Origin: the human T2T-CHM13v2.0 reference genome, Homo sapiens
Direction: 5' to 3' (one strand)
Assembly: GCF_009914755.1 (NCBI RefSeq)
Contig: NC_060929.1
DNA length: 64,000 nt
Shown here: piece by piece, positions 31,823 through 45,854 of the stretch
Layout: the number at the start of each line of letters is the position of its first letter
Position numbering within the stretch: position 1 is the stretch's first letter
Made by a program: the position numbers and the translations under genes
The notes under the pieces: generated by a model
Told to the model about the DNA's origin: nothing
What the model saw: only the letters and a program-made list of their open reading frames with translations
The model's database searches: none

Positions 31823-32609
31823 TTTTTTTCTTTTATTTTTTTTATTATGTTTAATAAGCCCTTAATGGCCAGGAGATGGGACTAATATGAGACAAATCTG
31901 GATGGCTCTAAGCTTTGTTTTCTCATAGTGTGCTTTTGGTTTTATGTCCAGCTTGCTGGCTCTGGTCATGGCCTCCCTGCTGGAACACTGGCTGTGGAGC
32001 ACATAGAACATCTGTGTGCAGTCTGTCTTCCAATGACAGAAATTTGAAGGACAACAAGCACTCCATTTGTAAGCACCACCCCCCACCTCCCACATCAACA
32101 CACACATAACATAAACTATATTATATACGCACTGCGTGGTGCGCTCATCTGATACATGCTAAATCACTGGACTATCAGATATCTCATGCACCACATGTAC
32201 CACTAAAGGTGTTATGTCCATGACCTCTTTCACAAATAGTGGTGGAAGCAAAGGAAGGGTTGATAGCATTTTCCAAGTCCTGTTTTGAGTTGGCTGGCCA
32301 ACATTATCAGTTACCCAAACTATCAATAACAGATACTTAAACCTTCTGTTCATAGTTGGGGCTTTCTTTACAATCCCTTCATTCTGCAATTCACATGAAC
32401 CTTACGTATGTCCACTTAGCCAGGAGATGTTTACTAGCCATGCCCCCTCCTGAAATAAGTTGGACCCCCTAAAGGCAGTGCAGCTCTTAAGAGACCTTTT
32501 TATGCACCATTAAGAGGAACAGGATCAATATTCCTACACCATTTTTTTATCCTCTTCTCCCTACATGTGTCTAGCTTATCACAAACTAAAGACTTCTTGT
32601 GACTTTGTG

Positions 32610-34100
<1,491 letters not shown>

Positions 34101-34498
34101 AGAGCAGCAGATTGTACAGTGGAGCTGTCACCAGCCCATCAAATGCATAGCTAGAACCTGAGCTTCCTCCAATAAAAGAATAAAGGTAGCAGGAATAAAA
34201 ATAATCTTAAAAACCTAAAGTGTTATTTTTTGAAGTAATCTTAAAGATCTAAAGTTTTTAAAAGAATATTACAATTTCTAAGTGTTGAAGATATACACCA
34301 TTTATGCAACGTTACATAACTAGGCTTAACCTCTATATTACATCTGCATACAATGTGAACATAATATAACTTAGCTATTTCAAATTTATAAATATTTTAT
34401 ATGGAGACTTATTACAATGAAATGTGCCAATATGTAGAAATTAAACTAGTTATATTTCAACAGAATGTAGGAAAAATATTTTTAAAAGATACCTATTA

Positions 34499-34996
34499 CA
34501 GTTGACATTTGAGCAACATGGGTTTGAACTATGCAGGTCCATTTACCTGTGGATTTTTTTTTCTAAGTTACATCAAGTATGCCTGCCTTTCCTGTTCCCC
34601 TTTCACCTCCTCCACCTCTTCTGCCTCTCTCACCCCTGCACAAGACTAACGCCTCCTCTTCCTCCTTCTTCTTGGCCTCCTGAATATGAAGAGGACAAGA
34701 ATGAAGACCCTTACAATGACCCACTTTTACTTAATGAATAGTAAATATATTTTCTCTTTCTTATGATTTTCCTAATAACATTTTCTTTTCTCTAGCTTAC
34801 TTTATTGTAAGAATGTAGTATATAATACATGTAACACCAGGAATATTTGTTAATAGGCTGTTTATGTTATCAGAGAGGCTTCTGGTCAATAGTAGGCTAT
34901 TAGTAGTTAAGTTTTGGGGGAGTCAAATGTTATACAGATTTTTGACTGCACAAGGAGTCAGCTTCCCTAACCCTTGCATTGTTCAAGCATTAACTG
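34499..34996. mobile_element. Tigger2/MER28-like TcMar DNA transposon fossil
   Basis: TIRs CAGTTGACATTTGAGCAA...TTGTTCAAGCATTAACTG flanked by TA on both sides. Confidence 0.8.
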
Positions 34997-37900
34997 TAGT
35001 TTTATATCAACATGTCCCAGGTAACTACCTTAGAGTGATAAATTCCAAAAATATGGAATGTTGAAAGGTTATTGTATTAAATAAAATTTATGTAGAAAAA
35101 TGCATGCTTCTCTGATAGCTTTTGTATATTGTAATAAATATAAAAGCATTTTAAGCATAAAGCAAATATGAAATTCTTAGATAAACATTATTACAAGTAC
35201 TTAAAGGAAGATTATATTGAATTACTCTTTAGGTTTACATATGGTTTAGGAGATACCGTGTTCTTACATGAGAATAAACTGCCAAGACTTTGTTATAAAA
35301 CTAAAGGCAAAAATAATAATAGTTAAAAAGAAAAGAAAACCACAGCTACTTCAACTGATTAGGACCAGACTTCAAAATCCCTTGGAGTAAATCCTTAGAT
35401 GCTTTGATTTGATAATTTCAAGAATATACAATTGTTAAAATCAACAACCCTAATGACCAAAAACAAATAGTGATAAAGTTTGAATCAGTTATTCTTTTTT
35501 AAATTCAAAAGGTAAACTAAATTTATGAACAGAAAAGTTATTTCTGAAGCCATATATTGTTAAATAATGTATTCTGATAAAGTTTGAAATAAGGCATTAT
35601 ATTTCGTCTCAGTCTCCTTCTTTAAATTAATTGAGCGAATTGTACTAATAACAAATCTATCATCACTTCATTAAAATCTACTGCAGTTTTTGACAGGCCA
35701 TTCTATTCCCATGTTTTTAATTAACTTTGATGTAACTTGTTGATTTAGAAAGGTTTATTCCCCCTAATCACCTCTGGTATTCTAATTCATGACAGTACCA
35801 CCCACAAAGGTTTCTGTTCAACGGGATTGTAAAAAGTTTTTTTAAAAAATAGGAACAAGAAAAGGTCATTTGCCTTATTAATTTTCATCTTTGATAGCAG
35901 TTTCTAAGCATAGATGTTATTTAAACATCACTGAAATTATCTAACACCTTAGCCATTTGGGATTTTTTTTTCAAATCACTGCCAAGTTCCACAAGAAATA
36001 TACTTTAGTCTTTCTAGAATGAAATTGGAAGGGGTTTGCTTTTCATGAGTCTTCCATAATTTTACAACATGACTTTTGTCCCTTCTTTGATTTATCAGTG
36101 GAATTTCTGACCTAATGAAATTTGTTTTCTTTTTTTTTCATATACCTTCTTCCCTGTGGCATCCATACTTCAAAACGACAAGCAGTTTGGAAACTTGCTT
36201 TCACCTTTGGGCCATAATAATATAAAACAGCTAAAACCTATTTTTCAATCTACCTTACAGTTAAATCTAACAGCCTTTGTAACGGTCAGTTACCCTCATG
36301 GGTGAGCAAAGCTAATGCGCATGGAGGTCAGCAACAGTTCTGTGATGGATTTTGTTTTACTATGGTTTCTTAGGCCTCAAATATGCTTGTTCTTATAAGA
36401 TTCCTGGAATAGGCTTGTAAATTAATTTCTAGCCATGGGAAACCTCCGTTACTTTATATTAAATCTCATCATCTTCCTAAAAGAAAATACCTAGAGTAAG
36501 TTTTCTACATTTATTAAATGTTTTGTTAAGGTCCATTATTATTTCCATTGAGAAAACATCTTTTATATTAAACCGCACCTGTGTCAAATTGTTCCTTAAA
36601 CAGTTTGGCAGGCCCTATGAATGGGAAGAGAATAACAAGTTGTTGGATACTTAAACTGTTGAAATAGCTACCCAGATATGCAATTAATTGCTGAATGACA
36701 TCCCTGTAAATAATAAATAATAATGTTAAAATCTCATCCTAATCATAAATGGGTTTATAAATGCAAATGAGAATGTTTAGATGAAGTTTTTTTAATCCCT
36801 AAGAAGAATATACCAGTTAATCAGCTGCATCTTTATGCTCTTGACTGAAAACACGGATTTTCAGTTCTCTTTAGATTCAGGGCCATGTTTCCAGCTGCTT
36901 ATGTCGCAGGACCCAAATAAAGATTTGCTTATGAATACAAATTTACATTATAAGTTTGTTTAGGTCCACTACCTAATTTAATTTAGGGCTAAAACCCATA
37001 ATTTCCTAAAAGGTTTTTAAAGATATTCAATATTTCAAAATGTTTCTGAGATAGAGAAAATAGATTTTGGATTCCAAAAATATTTTTAATTGTAGGCTTC
37101 CAATATTCATATAGAATTCACATTCAGCTGTCATTATTAAAATTAAAACTTACTGATAGTGGATAATATTTTTATCTTATTTGAATTCCTATGCATTTCA
37201 AAAATATTTTAAATTTTTTACAGAGAAACAAAACTATATGAACAAAGGAGATTTAAAGTCAAATGAATTCAGGGAGAAGAAAGAGAAAACATTTCTCATA
37301 TTTTTTAACAGCAAGCGCTAATTTTGTCACAAAATACTTTGTATACTTATATAAGACATGGATATGTTAAACAATTAAAATTAGATTCTAGCAAATCACC
37401 TATGTATGCAACCTTGTAAATAGTTTTATTACTGACCCTCACATAACCTGGAAACTTGTAAAGATGTATAATACGAACTAGTAATAATGTTTAGCATGAG
37501 TTAGATTTAACACAAAATACTTTTTTTAAATACTAACTGCTTAATTCAAATTTGCTTATTCTAAAGTTAATGCAGTATTGGGCAGAACATCTAAATCTGT
37601 TTTATGTAGCAATAAAAGGAAACACTGTACCATTTTACAAAAGTCAAACATCAGATGATGACCCATATTAAAAGGCCAATCACTTTATAAGCCATAAAAT
37701 GAATACAATTGATTATTGATGATGATTTCATTCCTTTTTGAAAATAGACTCAAGTTTATTACCCTATGTTAATATGCCAGGGTAAAGCAGGCTTAGGTAA
37801 TTACACTGTGAGTATTTTATCTCTGAATTATTAAACTTGTTTCTGCCTCCCTACACATTAATGTTAGAGGGTAATAGCAATGTTCTATTTTATCCAGTGC

Positions 37901-38236
37901 TTTACTTCACTTAATGCAATGATGCATGGTTTTCATTAAAGCATGAAGCAAAGGAATTGCAAAAAGAAAAAAAAAGTTAACATCTAAATTCAGGTCTAAA
38001 TAACCTTACAAAAAAGAATTCAATGGTGGTAACTATCTCTGTCATGTTTAGGTAGGTATATAATGCAGTTGTAAGATAAACTATATGTTAAACTTTAGCA
38101 TATAAAAGAGAACATCAAATCTTTGATGTTCCTATTACAATATTTTCAAGGTGATATCTCTAGGGTTGCTTTTTATACATAAATATCTGTTAAAAGTATC
38201 AAGCAGGTACAAAACATTCTACTGCCAGTCAATCAA

Positions 38237-38300
38237 CTTTAGAGTTGTGCTTTTACCATTCTAATCAGCTTTAGAGTTGTGCTTTTACCATTCTAATCAG
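38237..38300. repeat. Perfect 2 x 32-bp tandem duplication
   Basis: CTTTAGAGTTGTGCTTTTACCATTCTAATCAG repeated twice. Confidence 0.97.
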
Positions 38301-38719
38301 GTGAATTGCTCAATAAAGCAGTTACTGCTAATGATGCTGAAATAAAAGATGGTGTAATTGCCTATGTGTATTTTTTTGTCTCACTTTAAATTATAAACAC
38401 TTTATTCTTGTTTGTGCCAAATGAATAAAATCAGTTATCATTTGCTTCTGTCTTTTTTGGAGTTATACATTTCATTTTTAATGTACAACAACAACTTGAT
38501 TATCCAGAATGTTTGGGCACTGAAATTTTTTTGTAGGTTGAGGGATAAAATATAATTTCTGCCTTTAGGGAAGACTCTTTTCTATTCTGGCCTTAACTGT
38601 GAGCTCTGTGTTACACCTCTGCTCACAATGTTGTGATGGCATATTATTATCATGGCTTTCATAATTTTATTAGTGAACAAATGAAACAGGCAAAAGTAGG
38701 ACACTGATTGAAGTTGACT

Positions 38720-39205
38720 GCCCTCTCACCTACAGCCACGCACTGCTCTATCTTTGTATATTAGTTTTGCCTATTTTTGAACTTCATATAAGTATAATCA
38801 TACTATATACTCACCATAGTACTTTTGAAACTTCGTTTTTTGAGGGCTAGGTATAGTGCATTTTGTTTTATTAATGAGCAGTATTCATGTGTATACGAAT
38901 ATACCAAAGTTTGCTTTCTTACTGATGTACAAAAACAGTGCTTCAAGTTTTTAAATATTATGAACAAAGCTGGTATAAACTATTGAACAAGGCTTTCTAT
39001 GAAAGTTTGTATTTATTCCTCTTGGGGAAAAACGTATAAATGGAATTGCTGAGTTATAGTCTAAATATATATTTACCTTTATAACAAATTGCCAAACAGC
39101 TTTTCAAAGTGGTTGTACTATTTTACATATTTGCCCAGGAAAGTGTGTTTCAGTTGCTCTATCCTTGCTAACAGTTGGTGCTCTCAGTGTTTTTCATCAA
39201 AGCCA
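38720..39205 (-). mobile_element. Old L1M 3' fragment
   Basis: TTTTGCCTATTTTTGAACTTCATATAAG...AAATTGCCAAACAGCTTTTCAAAGTGGTTGTACTATTTTACA. Confidence 0.65.
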
Positions 39206-39216
39206 TAATAATGGCT

Positions 39217-39402
39217 TCTTTTTTGACCGAGTTTCGCTCTTGTTGCCCAGGCTGGAGGGCAGTGGCGCAATCTCGGCTCACCGCAACCTCGGCCTCCCGG
39301 GTTCAAGCGAGTCTACTGCCTCAGCCTTCCCGAGTAGCTGGGATTACAGGCATGCACCATCACGCCCGGCTAATTTTGTATTTTTATTAGAGACGAGGTT
39401 TC
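39217..39402 (-). mobile_element. AluSp-like, 5'-truncated
   Basis: TTTCGCTCTTGTTGCCC and CACCGCAACCTC diagnostics; TSD AATAATGGCT / AATAACGGCT. Confidence 0.85.
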
Positions 39403-39409
39403 CCAATAA

Positions 39410-39566
39410 CGGCTATGATTTACAGTGTTTACTAATTACTGTGGTGTAAGTTCTCTCACCATGGCTGATATCAAGTTACCAAGGTGGTGTCTGTGAAAAT
39501 AAAGAAACAAGAGGTCTGGACAATCAGCTCTTGGCAGCTAGTGCACATTGTCTTGAGCACAGTCTG
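39410..39566 (-). mobile_element. MER63-like fragment
   Basis: GTGGTGTAAGTTCTCTCACCATGGCTGATATCAAGTTACCAA, reverse-complement similarity to 18755-18967. Confidence 0.5.
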
Positions 39567-39719
39567 CAACTCTTAAGTAAAATTTACATAATTTTATGTA
39601 TACTTCTCATTTTGACACAAAGAATAATAAAATGGCTTTGAATTAAGGATCAAGGTGTAATAAAATAAGTATTTTATTGCTTCCCCAAGGCTATTCTTAA
39701 AACACTTAAAACATGCATT

Positions 39720-39965
39720 TTGTTTTAGGTTTTGTGTGTGTGACAGTGAACAATACAAAAACTAATACAGCTTGCTGCCACTGCAGTGATCCATGCTAAA
39801 AGGACAGCAGTTTTATCCATCACTGCTTTTTCAGTATCTGCAAATGCCAACAAAGAAAAGAAGGCAAACACTTTAGTGTTATTATGAAAATAATTTTGAC
39901 CTAACAGATCCCTTGAAAAGGTTTCCAGGACTCCTAGATGTCCATGGACCACACTTTGTCAGCCA
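39720..39965. mobile_element. Charlie1-type hAT transposon end
   Basis: TTAGTGTTATTATGAAAATAATTTTGACCT...CCATGGACCACACTTTG. Confidence 0.65.
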
Positions 39966-41164
39966 TTTATCTAGTCATACTGGAAATATTGGAAAATCAT
40001 ATTATCTTGGATGTAACCCATACTGAGTTATTGTGCCTTCTTACAGGTTTTCTTTTGGAAACTGAAACATTTAGAAAAGAGAAGGAAGGCGAGGGATGGT
40101 TGATGTAAAAATGAAGTCAATATAATTACACTTTGTATTTCACTATACTCTAACTTCCATAAAATTATCAGAACACTTTGTTTATTAAGTATTATTAGTA
40201 AACACAAGTGCTTAAAATGCAAAACTAATGAATCTTTACTATTTGCTTAATATCTCTTAGATTTAAAGATGGTTTCATTTGAGGTTTATAGTTTGCTATG
40301 AATCATTGCACATACCAATGTTAAAAATGTTAAATCTGCTATCTAAATGCAAAATAAAATTAATGAGGAAAAAATGTACTTTTACTGACTATAGAGAAGC
40401 AGAATTCCTATGTAAGGAAAATGACAGCCTGAATAATGGGACTATAAAGTTAAAAATATTAAATAAAATGCTTTTAGAGAAACATCAATTTCTGTGCAAG
40501 ATGCAACCAATATATATAATGATCAAAAACTAGAGCAAAAGAAATATTAATAATTTATATGAAAGGAAATTTTCAAAGGAAATTTCTTCAGTTACATTTT
40601 ATGTTATAATGTTATATTTTATATATAAAAATCTCACATTAGAAAATAAACATAATTGCTACTAAAGATAAAAGTATGATGAAATAATCTCTTTACAGTG
40701 CTAACTTATGAATCAAAGTGTAGCAGATACTTGCAAGTAAAAAAAATAAAGACTCAGAAATCATTAGGTAAGAAAGATCATCACTTACTGGGCAGAATAT
40801 TATAAGATTTTTTTTAAAGTTTGTTACTCCAGTACTATCTATATCAGAACTATTTTGGGTTATGAAACAAAAAAGATAATTATTAGGATATAAAACTCAG
40901 CGGTTCAGGAAGAAAAACATTAAAGCTCAGCAGGGTAAAAACAGACAATCCAAAAACAATTAAATTATTCAATTAGGTTTGAAATAGACTTTGACTTTTA
41001 AAAGCAAGACATCTGAAATATGACCTTTATGAGGTAAGTTTCCATCTTAAAATTATCTAAAATAAAGTAATGCAAAGGGCAGTGTCCAGTAATATGCAAT
41101 AGAAATAAGGTAAATTAAATAATGTAAATTAAAATGATATAACTAGGAGCTCCATGACACCATC

Positions 41165-41168
41165 TGTG

Positions 41169-41210
<42 letters not shown>

Positions 41211-41259
41211 TATATATATACATATATATGTGTGTGTGTGTGTGTGTGTTTGTGTGTGT
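41165..41259. repeat. Compound (TG)n(TA)n(CA)n(TA)n(TG)n microsatellite
   Basis: About 95 bp of almost uninterrupted alternating purine-pyrimidine. Confidence 0.95.
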
Positions 41260-41374
41260 CTTCTCAAGAACCAAGTCATTAAAATTATAGGCTATGTATA
41301 TTATATATTACATATATATTAATATCAGTGCTTTTCAAAAAAATGTAAAGCCTTGATGTCCAGGCAAAGAAAAT

Positions 41375-41705
41375 AAATCAGCAAACTAAGATCTGCGTGT
41401 TAAATGCAGCTCAGCATCTGTTTTTGTATGATATGAAGGCTAAGAGTGTTTTCTACATTTGTAAATAGTTGAAGAGGAAAACAAATTAATGTTTCATAAA
41501 AAATGAAAATTATATGAAATTCAAATTTCAGAGTCCATGATAAAAGTTTTATTGGAACACAGCCATGCCCATTCATTTAGTTTTGTCTATGGCTCCTTTT
41601 GCACTGCAATAGCAAAGTTGAGTTGTTGCAACAGAGGCCAGATGGCTTGTATAGCTGAATATATTTACTATGTGTCCCTTTATAGAAAAAATTCACCAAC
41701 CCCTG
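41375..41705. mobile_element. MER58B-like hAT-Charlie element
   Basis: TCAGCAAACT...AAAGTTTTATTGGAACACAGCCATGCCCATTCATT...CCAACCCCTG. Confidence 0.8.
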
Positions 41706-41959
41706 TTAAAAAATCAGAGATTATATTAGTATCACAATTTTTTTTAAACAATGAGTTACACTTTCATTATAAAATTGAAATAATTCTCATAGATCTTCTC
41801 CATAGCTGCTTGACTTAATGATAAAGCTGAATTATCATCTAAGTTGCTTGTGTTCCCAAAGTAGAACTGACTTAATATTAGATCATAATATTTACGAAAT
41901 AGAAGTGAAATGAACACATCTTCAGCAGTTAAAATTATTATATGTTCAGGCATTGAAGA

Positions 41960-42105
41960 GGAATTATTTCATTTAAACCTTAGAACAACTCTAAGGCAAA
42001 TCTCTGTCCCTAATGCATAGATGAAGAAACTAAGGCTCATAGAAGTCAGGCAAATAAATGGTGTCACCTGGATATGAATCCAGTTCTAATTCTAGAGCCA
42101 ATGCT
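41960..42105 (-). mobile_element. MIR SINE
   Basis: ATAGATGAAGAAACTAAGGCTCATAGAAGT...GGATATGAATCCAG. Confidence 0.65.
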
Positions 42106-42519
42106 CAGTTTATTGAATAGATTGCATCAAGTGTGATTAGAGGGGTGTTACCAAATACTTCTTTATTGTCTGTCCCTGAAATTTCTATGAGAGGTATGTA
42201 GTTCTCTCTATTAAACATATATATATATATATAGTAAAATATACGTCTGTTACATATAGCAAAATATTTTGGCATACAAGGTAAGAATGGAGAATAAAGA
42301 ACATTCAATTTTACTATTTTATGAAGTATTTACAAATTTATGTTATTTATGTTTACATTATACAGCTGAAATTTTGTGACCTGCTGGGCATTTCTTCCCA
42401 TCTGAAACAATGTCTTCATTCCAAAATATTCATCATTTCTTAATTTTAAAGAACATATTTATATATCTAAAATATCATATTATATTATTTTCCAAATATT
42501 TTCAATTATATAAATGGTC

Positions 42520-42962
42520 TATTTTGCAGTATGAGGTTGCATTAACAAAAGGAGGAAGAGAAGGAAGACGCAGGGAGAGAAGAGGATGAGGAAAAGGATG
42601 GGGGAAGGAGGAGGAGGGTAAAGAGAAGGAAAATTTCAAGTCTCATTGGCTTACAAAACAAAAGGTTTATTGGTTACTTTAGACAAAGCCAGCTACAGGT
42701 CAGCTAGAGCTCTGCTCCTCGGGGCTTTTCAGTCCAGAAGTCAGGCAGAAGGGACAGTCCTAATCAGGGATATGCCACTCTGAAGGCAAGGAGAGAAGAG
42801 CAAGAAAGTTGAAGAATTAGATTTAGATATTTGCTTGGGTATGGTGTAAGCTCACATTTCGCTGGCTAAACCACGTTACATGGCAAACTACAGTCAGTGT
42901 ATGGGGCTGTACAATTCTAATTCAAGGAAAAGAATAAGTGCGGACAATAATATAGTCTACCA
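42520..42962 (-). mobile_element. Old MLT1 (J/K-like) LTR with GA-rich tract
   Basis: TCTCATTGGCTTACAAAACAAAAGGTTTATT...CACATTTCGCTGGCTAAAC...AATATAGTCTACCA. Confidence 0.45.
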
Positions 42963-43049
42963 GGCTGCTATGTCATATATACCATTCCACATTTTGAGAT
43001 AGGATATTACATTCTTTAGTAATGACCATGATGATCATTATTTCATTTA

Positions 43050-44890
43050 CGACACGTAATTCCATTGTAAGAAGGACAACTCATTGTTTTCACTTATTGC
43101 TATTAAAATACCCACAGCTAGTAGGTTATTATACATATCTGCCTTTGTACATATGCAAGAGTATCTTTTAGATAGATATCTAAAAGTTAATGTCAGGATA
43201 AGAATTTCTGATCCCTAAAATGTGAATATCTTAAATATCACCAAACTGCTCTCCTGATTTGTTAGTGTTTCTTATTATTTATATTTTCTAGACTATTAAT
43301 ATAGATATTTTAATTTTAATCAATATGATGCCTATCTAATGAGACTGCTTTCTTTTCTGTGAGTTGCTTATTTCTACCCTTTCCCCATTATTTTCTTGTG
43401 CTACATGTCTTTTTCTTTTTTTCTTTTTAGAACTTTCAACATATTCTAGACACTATTGCTTTATTGTTGAGTGTCACAAATAAATGATATTTTTATTATC
43501 CTTTCATCTTATAGTTTCATTTGCTATGAAGAATTTTAAGATATTAATTTAGTCAAATTTACTAGTCTTTTCTTTTAGATATATGCATAAGAGAGCATCT
43601 TTTGAAAAAGTATTTTGTTATTCTCTTTTCAAAGCTTATATCCGATATTATATTTTGAAAGTTGTAAAGTTATACTTTATTGACTTTCCAGTTTTTAATC
43701 CATCTGAAATAAATCAGTCTGCATGTTCTGAGGTAGAATCCTAATTTTCTATTGTTCTGTATGAAGGAATAATTGCCAAACACCATTTATTAGAGTAGTC
43801 TGCCCCATTTAGAGATCAAAGTTGCATTAGCAGCATAAAATGAGTTCTGTAGATCTCCATCTTTTTTCTACTTGTTGAAGTGGTGTCTATAAAAAGTGAT
43901 TATCTGATCCTTGAAATTTTGACGAGTACTTTTAAAATCAATTTGTTAAACAAATTTTGAGTTCCAATTTAATTTAATTAATAATTTGTGACTTAGTCAC
44001 ATTTTCTATTTCATCTTGAGTCAGATTTGACAATTTATATATTTCTAGAAAAAGTAATCATTTTTTCTGTATTTTCAAATTTAGTAACTTAAAGTTGGTT
44101 ACGGACTTTTAAAAATTATGTCATCTTCCGTCAGTTATATTCAACATTCTTTTATTCTTAATATTGAAATTAGTGTGTTATTTATTTCATTCTCTTGTGA
44201 ATCTTGGTAAATGCTTATCTATTTTATAAAAATTAAGAAAACCAACTTATGTTTTATTTCAAAATTTTCTGCTCTTTATTATTTTTTCTTCTAGAACAAG
44301 ATTTATTTTGTTATTTTCCTAATTTCTTTAGTGGAATATTAACTTTGTAATATCTACTAGTATTTCCACATTTATTTTTCAATAATTTAGTAGTGTATTT
44401 TTAAATTTATAGACATATTTTAATTTTTAATTTTTTAGTATGGTTAATTTCTAATTTATTTGAAATTGAATAGAAATAACTATGGTTAAAAATTGTGGTA
44501 TATATGATGTCAACTATTTGAAATCTATTTAAACTATTTATATATTAAATATAATACATGGTCAATTTTTATAAGTGCTCCCTACAGTACTCAAAATGAT
44601 GTATATTTTATATGTACACACACAGTAAAACTTGTTAATTTTGTTCAAATTTCTGAATGTCTAATAAATTGGTTTAATGTCAATGTTTTTATATGCTTCA
44701 AGGCAATATTATTTTATGGATAGTACAAATTTATGATAATGATTATATCTTCCTGCAGGAGCATTTATTTAATTTAAACTATTATTTCATTTTATTCCTA
44801 TTCCATTTTATTTCTATTCCATTTTATGTTAAATTCTGGCTTCTCTGGTGTTAACATTGCTAAAGTTCTTTTGGTTATTATTTGGTAACA
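43050..44890 (-). mobile_element. Degraded L1M/L1ME fragments
   Basis: T-rich antisense L1 phrases (TTTAATCCATCTGAAAT, CACCATTTATT, CATGGTCAATTTTTATAAGTG); boundaries approximate. Confidence 0.5.
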
Positions 44891-44988
44891 ATTCTTGAGT
44901 TCATAACCAAACTCAATCATTTATTAGATAGATGACTGGGCAAATTACTTAAATATTCTATTTCTCATTTTCTTCATCTGAATTATAA

Positions 44989-45478
44989 GCTATAAAGACA
45001 CATGCATACGTATGTTTATTGTGGCACTATTCACAATAGCAAAGACATGGAACCAACCCAAATTTCCATCAATGATAGACTGGATTAAGAAAATGTAGCA
45101 CATATACACCATGGAATACTATGCAGCCATAAAAAATGATGAGTTCATGTCCTCTGTAGGGACATGGATGAAGCTGGAAACCATCATGCTCAGCAAACTA
45201 TCACAAGGAAAAAAACCAAACACCGCATGTTCTCACTCATAGGCGGGAATTGAACAATGAGAACACTTGGACACAGGAAGGGGAACATCACACACTGGGG
45301 CCTGTCGTGGGGTGGGGGAAGGGGGGAGGGATAGCATTAGGAGATATGCCTAATGTAAATGACGAGTTAATGGGTGCAACACACCAACATGGCACATGTA
45401 TACATATATAACAAACCTGCATGTTGTGCACATGTACCTTGAACTTAAAGTATAATAAAAAAAGCGAAAAAAAAGAAA
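44989..45478 (+). mobile_element. L1PA4-6-like 5'-truncated 3' end
   Basis: GCTATAAAGACACATGC...GACGAGTTAATGGGTGC...ACTTAAAGTATAATAAA plus A-tail. Confidence 0.92.
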
Positions 45479-45694
45479 TACTTGTAATGTCAGAAAGTTG
45501 AGGCATGTCGAAGAATTGTCTGCGAAAGTCATGAAAGAGAAAAATGTTATAAAAAAGAATTTATGCAAAAAATGTTGTATAATTTAAAAGTAATTAGGCC
45601 TCCTGAATGTAAAACTACTGAAAAAAAAAAAACAGTTTATGTACAAGGTGTATAAGAAAAGTAAAATATACCCTTGGTAAAAGGAAAAAAAAAA
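45479..45694 (+). other. Probable L1 3'-transduced segment with second A-tail
   Basis: Non-L1 sequence between the L1 A-tail and an A10 run (45685-45694); AGTAAA at 45660-45665; host MIR resumes after it. Confidence 0.6.
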
Positions 45695-45854
45695 GAATAA
45701 AAGAGAAACTATCTCAGGGTTGTTGAGGTAACTGCTAGGTTAGTGTAGTTGTTAGTTGCAGTGCATAGGATAATGCATGGCACCTAGTTAAGTATTAATT
45801 AAATACTGGCGAAGGAAAGGCAGTATAATAATTCACAAAAGCAAGCTGAACATC

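Larger units (their letters stand above)
44930..45810 (+). mobile_element. MIR split by the L1 insertion (44930-44988 and about 45695-45810)
   Basis: CTGGGCAAATTACTTAA...TTCTTCATCTGAATTATAA, continuing GAATAAAAGAGAAACTATCTCAGGGTTGTTGAGG. Confidence 0.65.

Noticed and set aside
36100-36520. Possible old ERVL/MaLR LTR or exon
   Set aside because: Only vague resemblance to LTR phrases and no supportable boundaries or reading frame.
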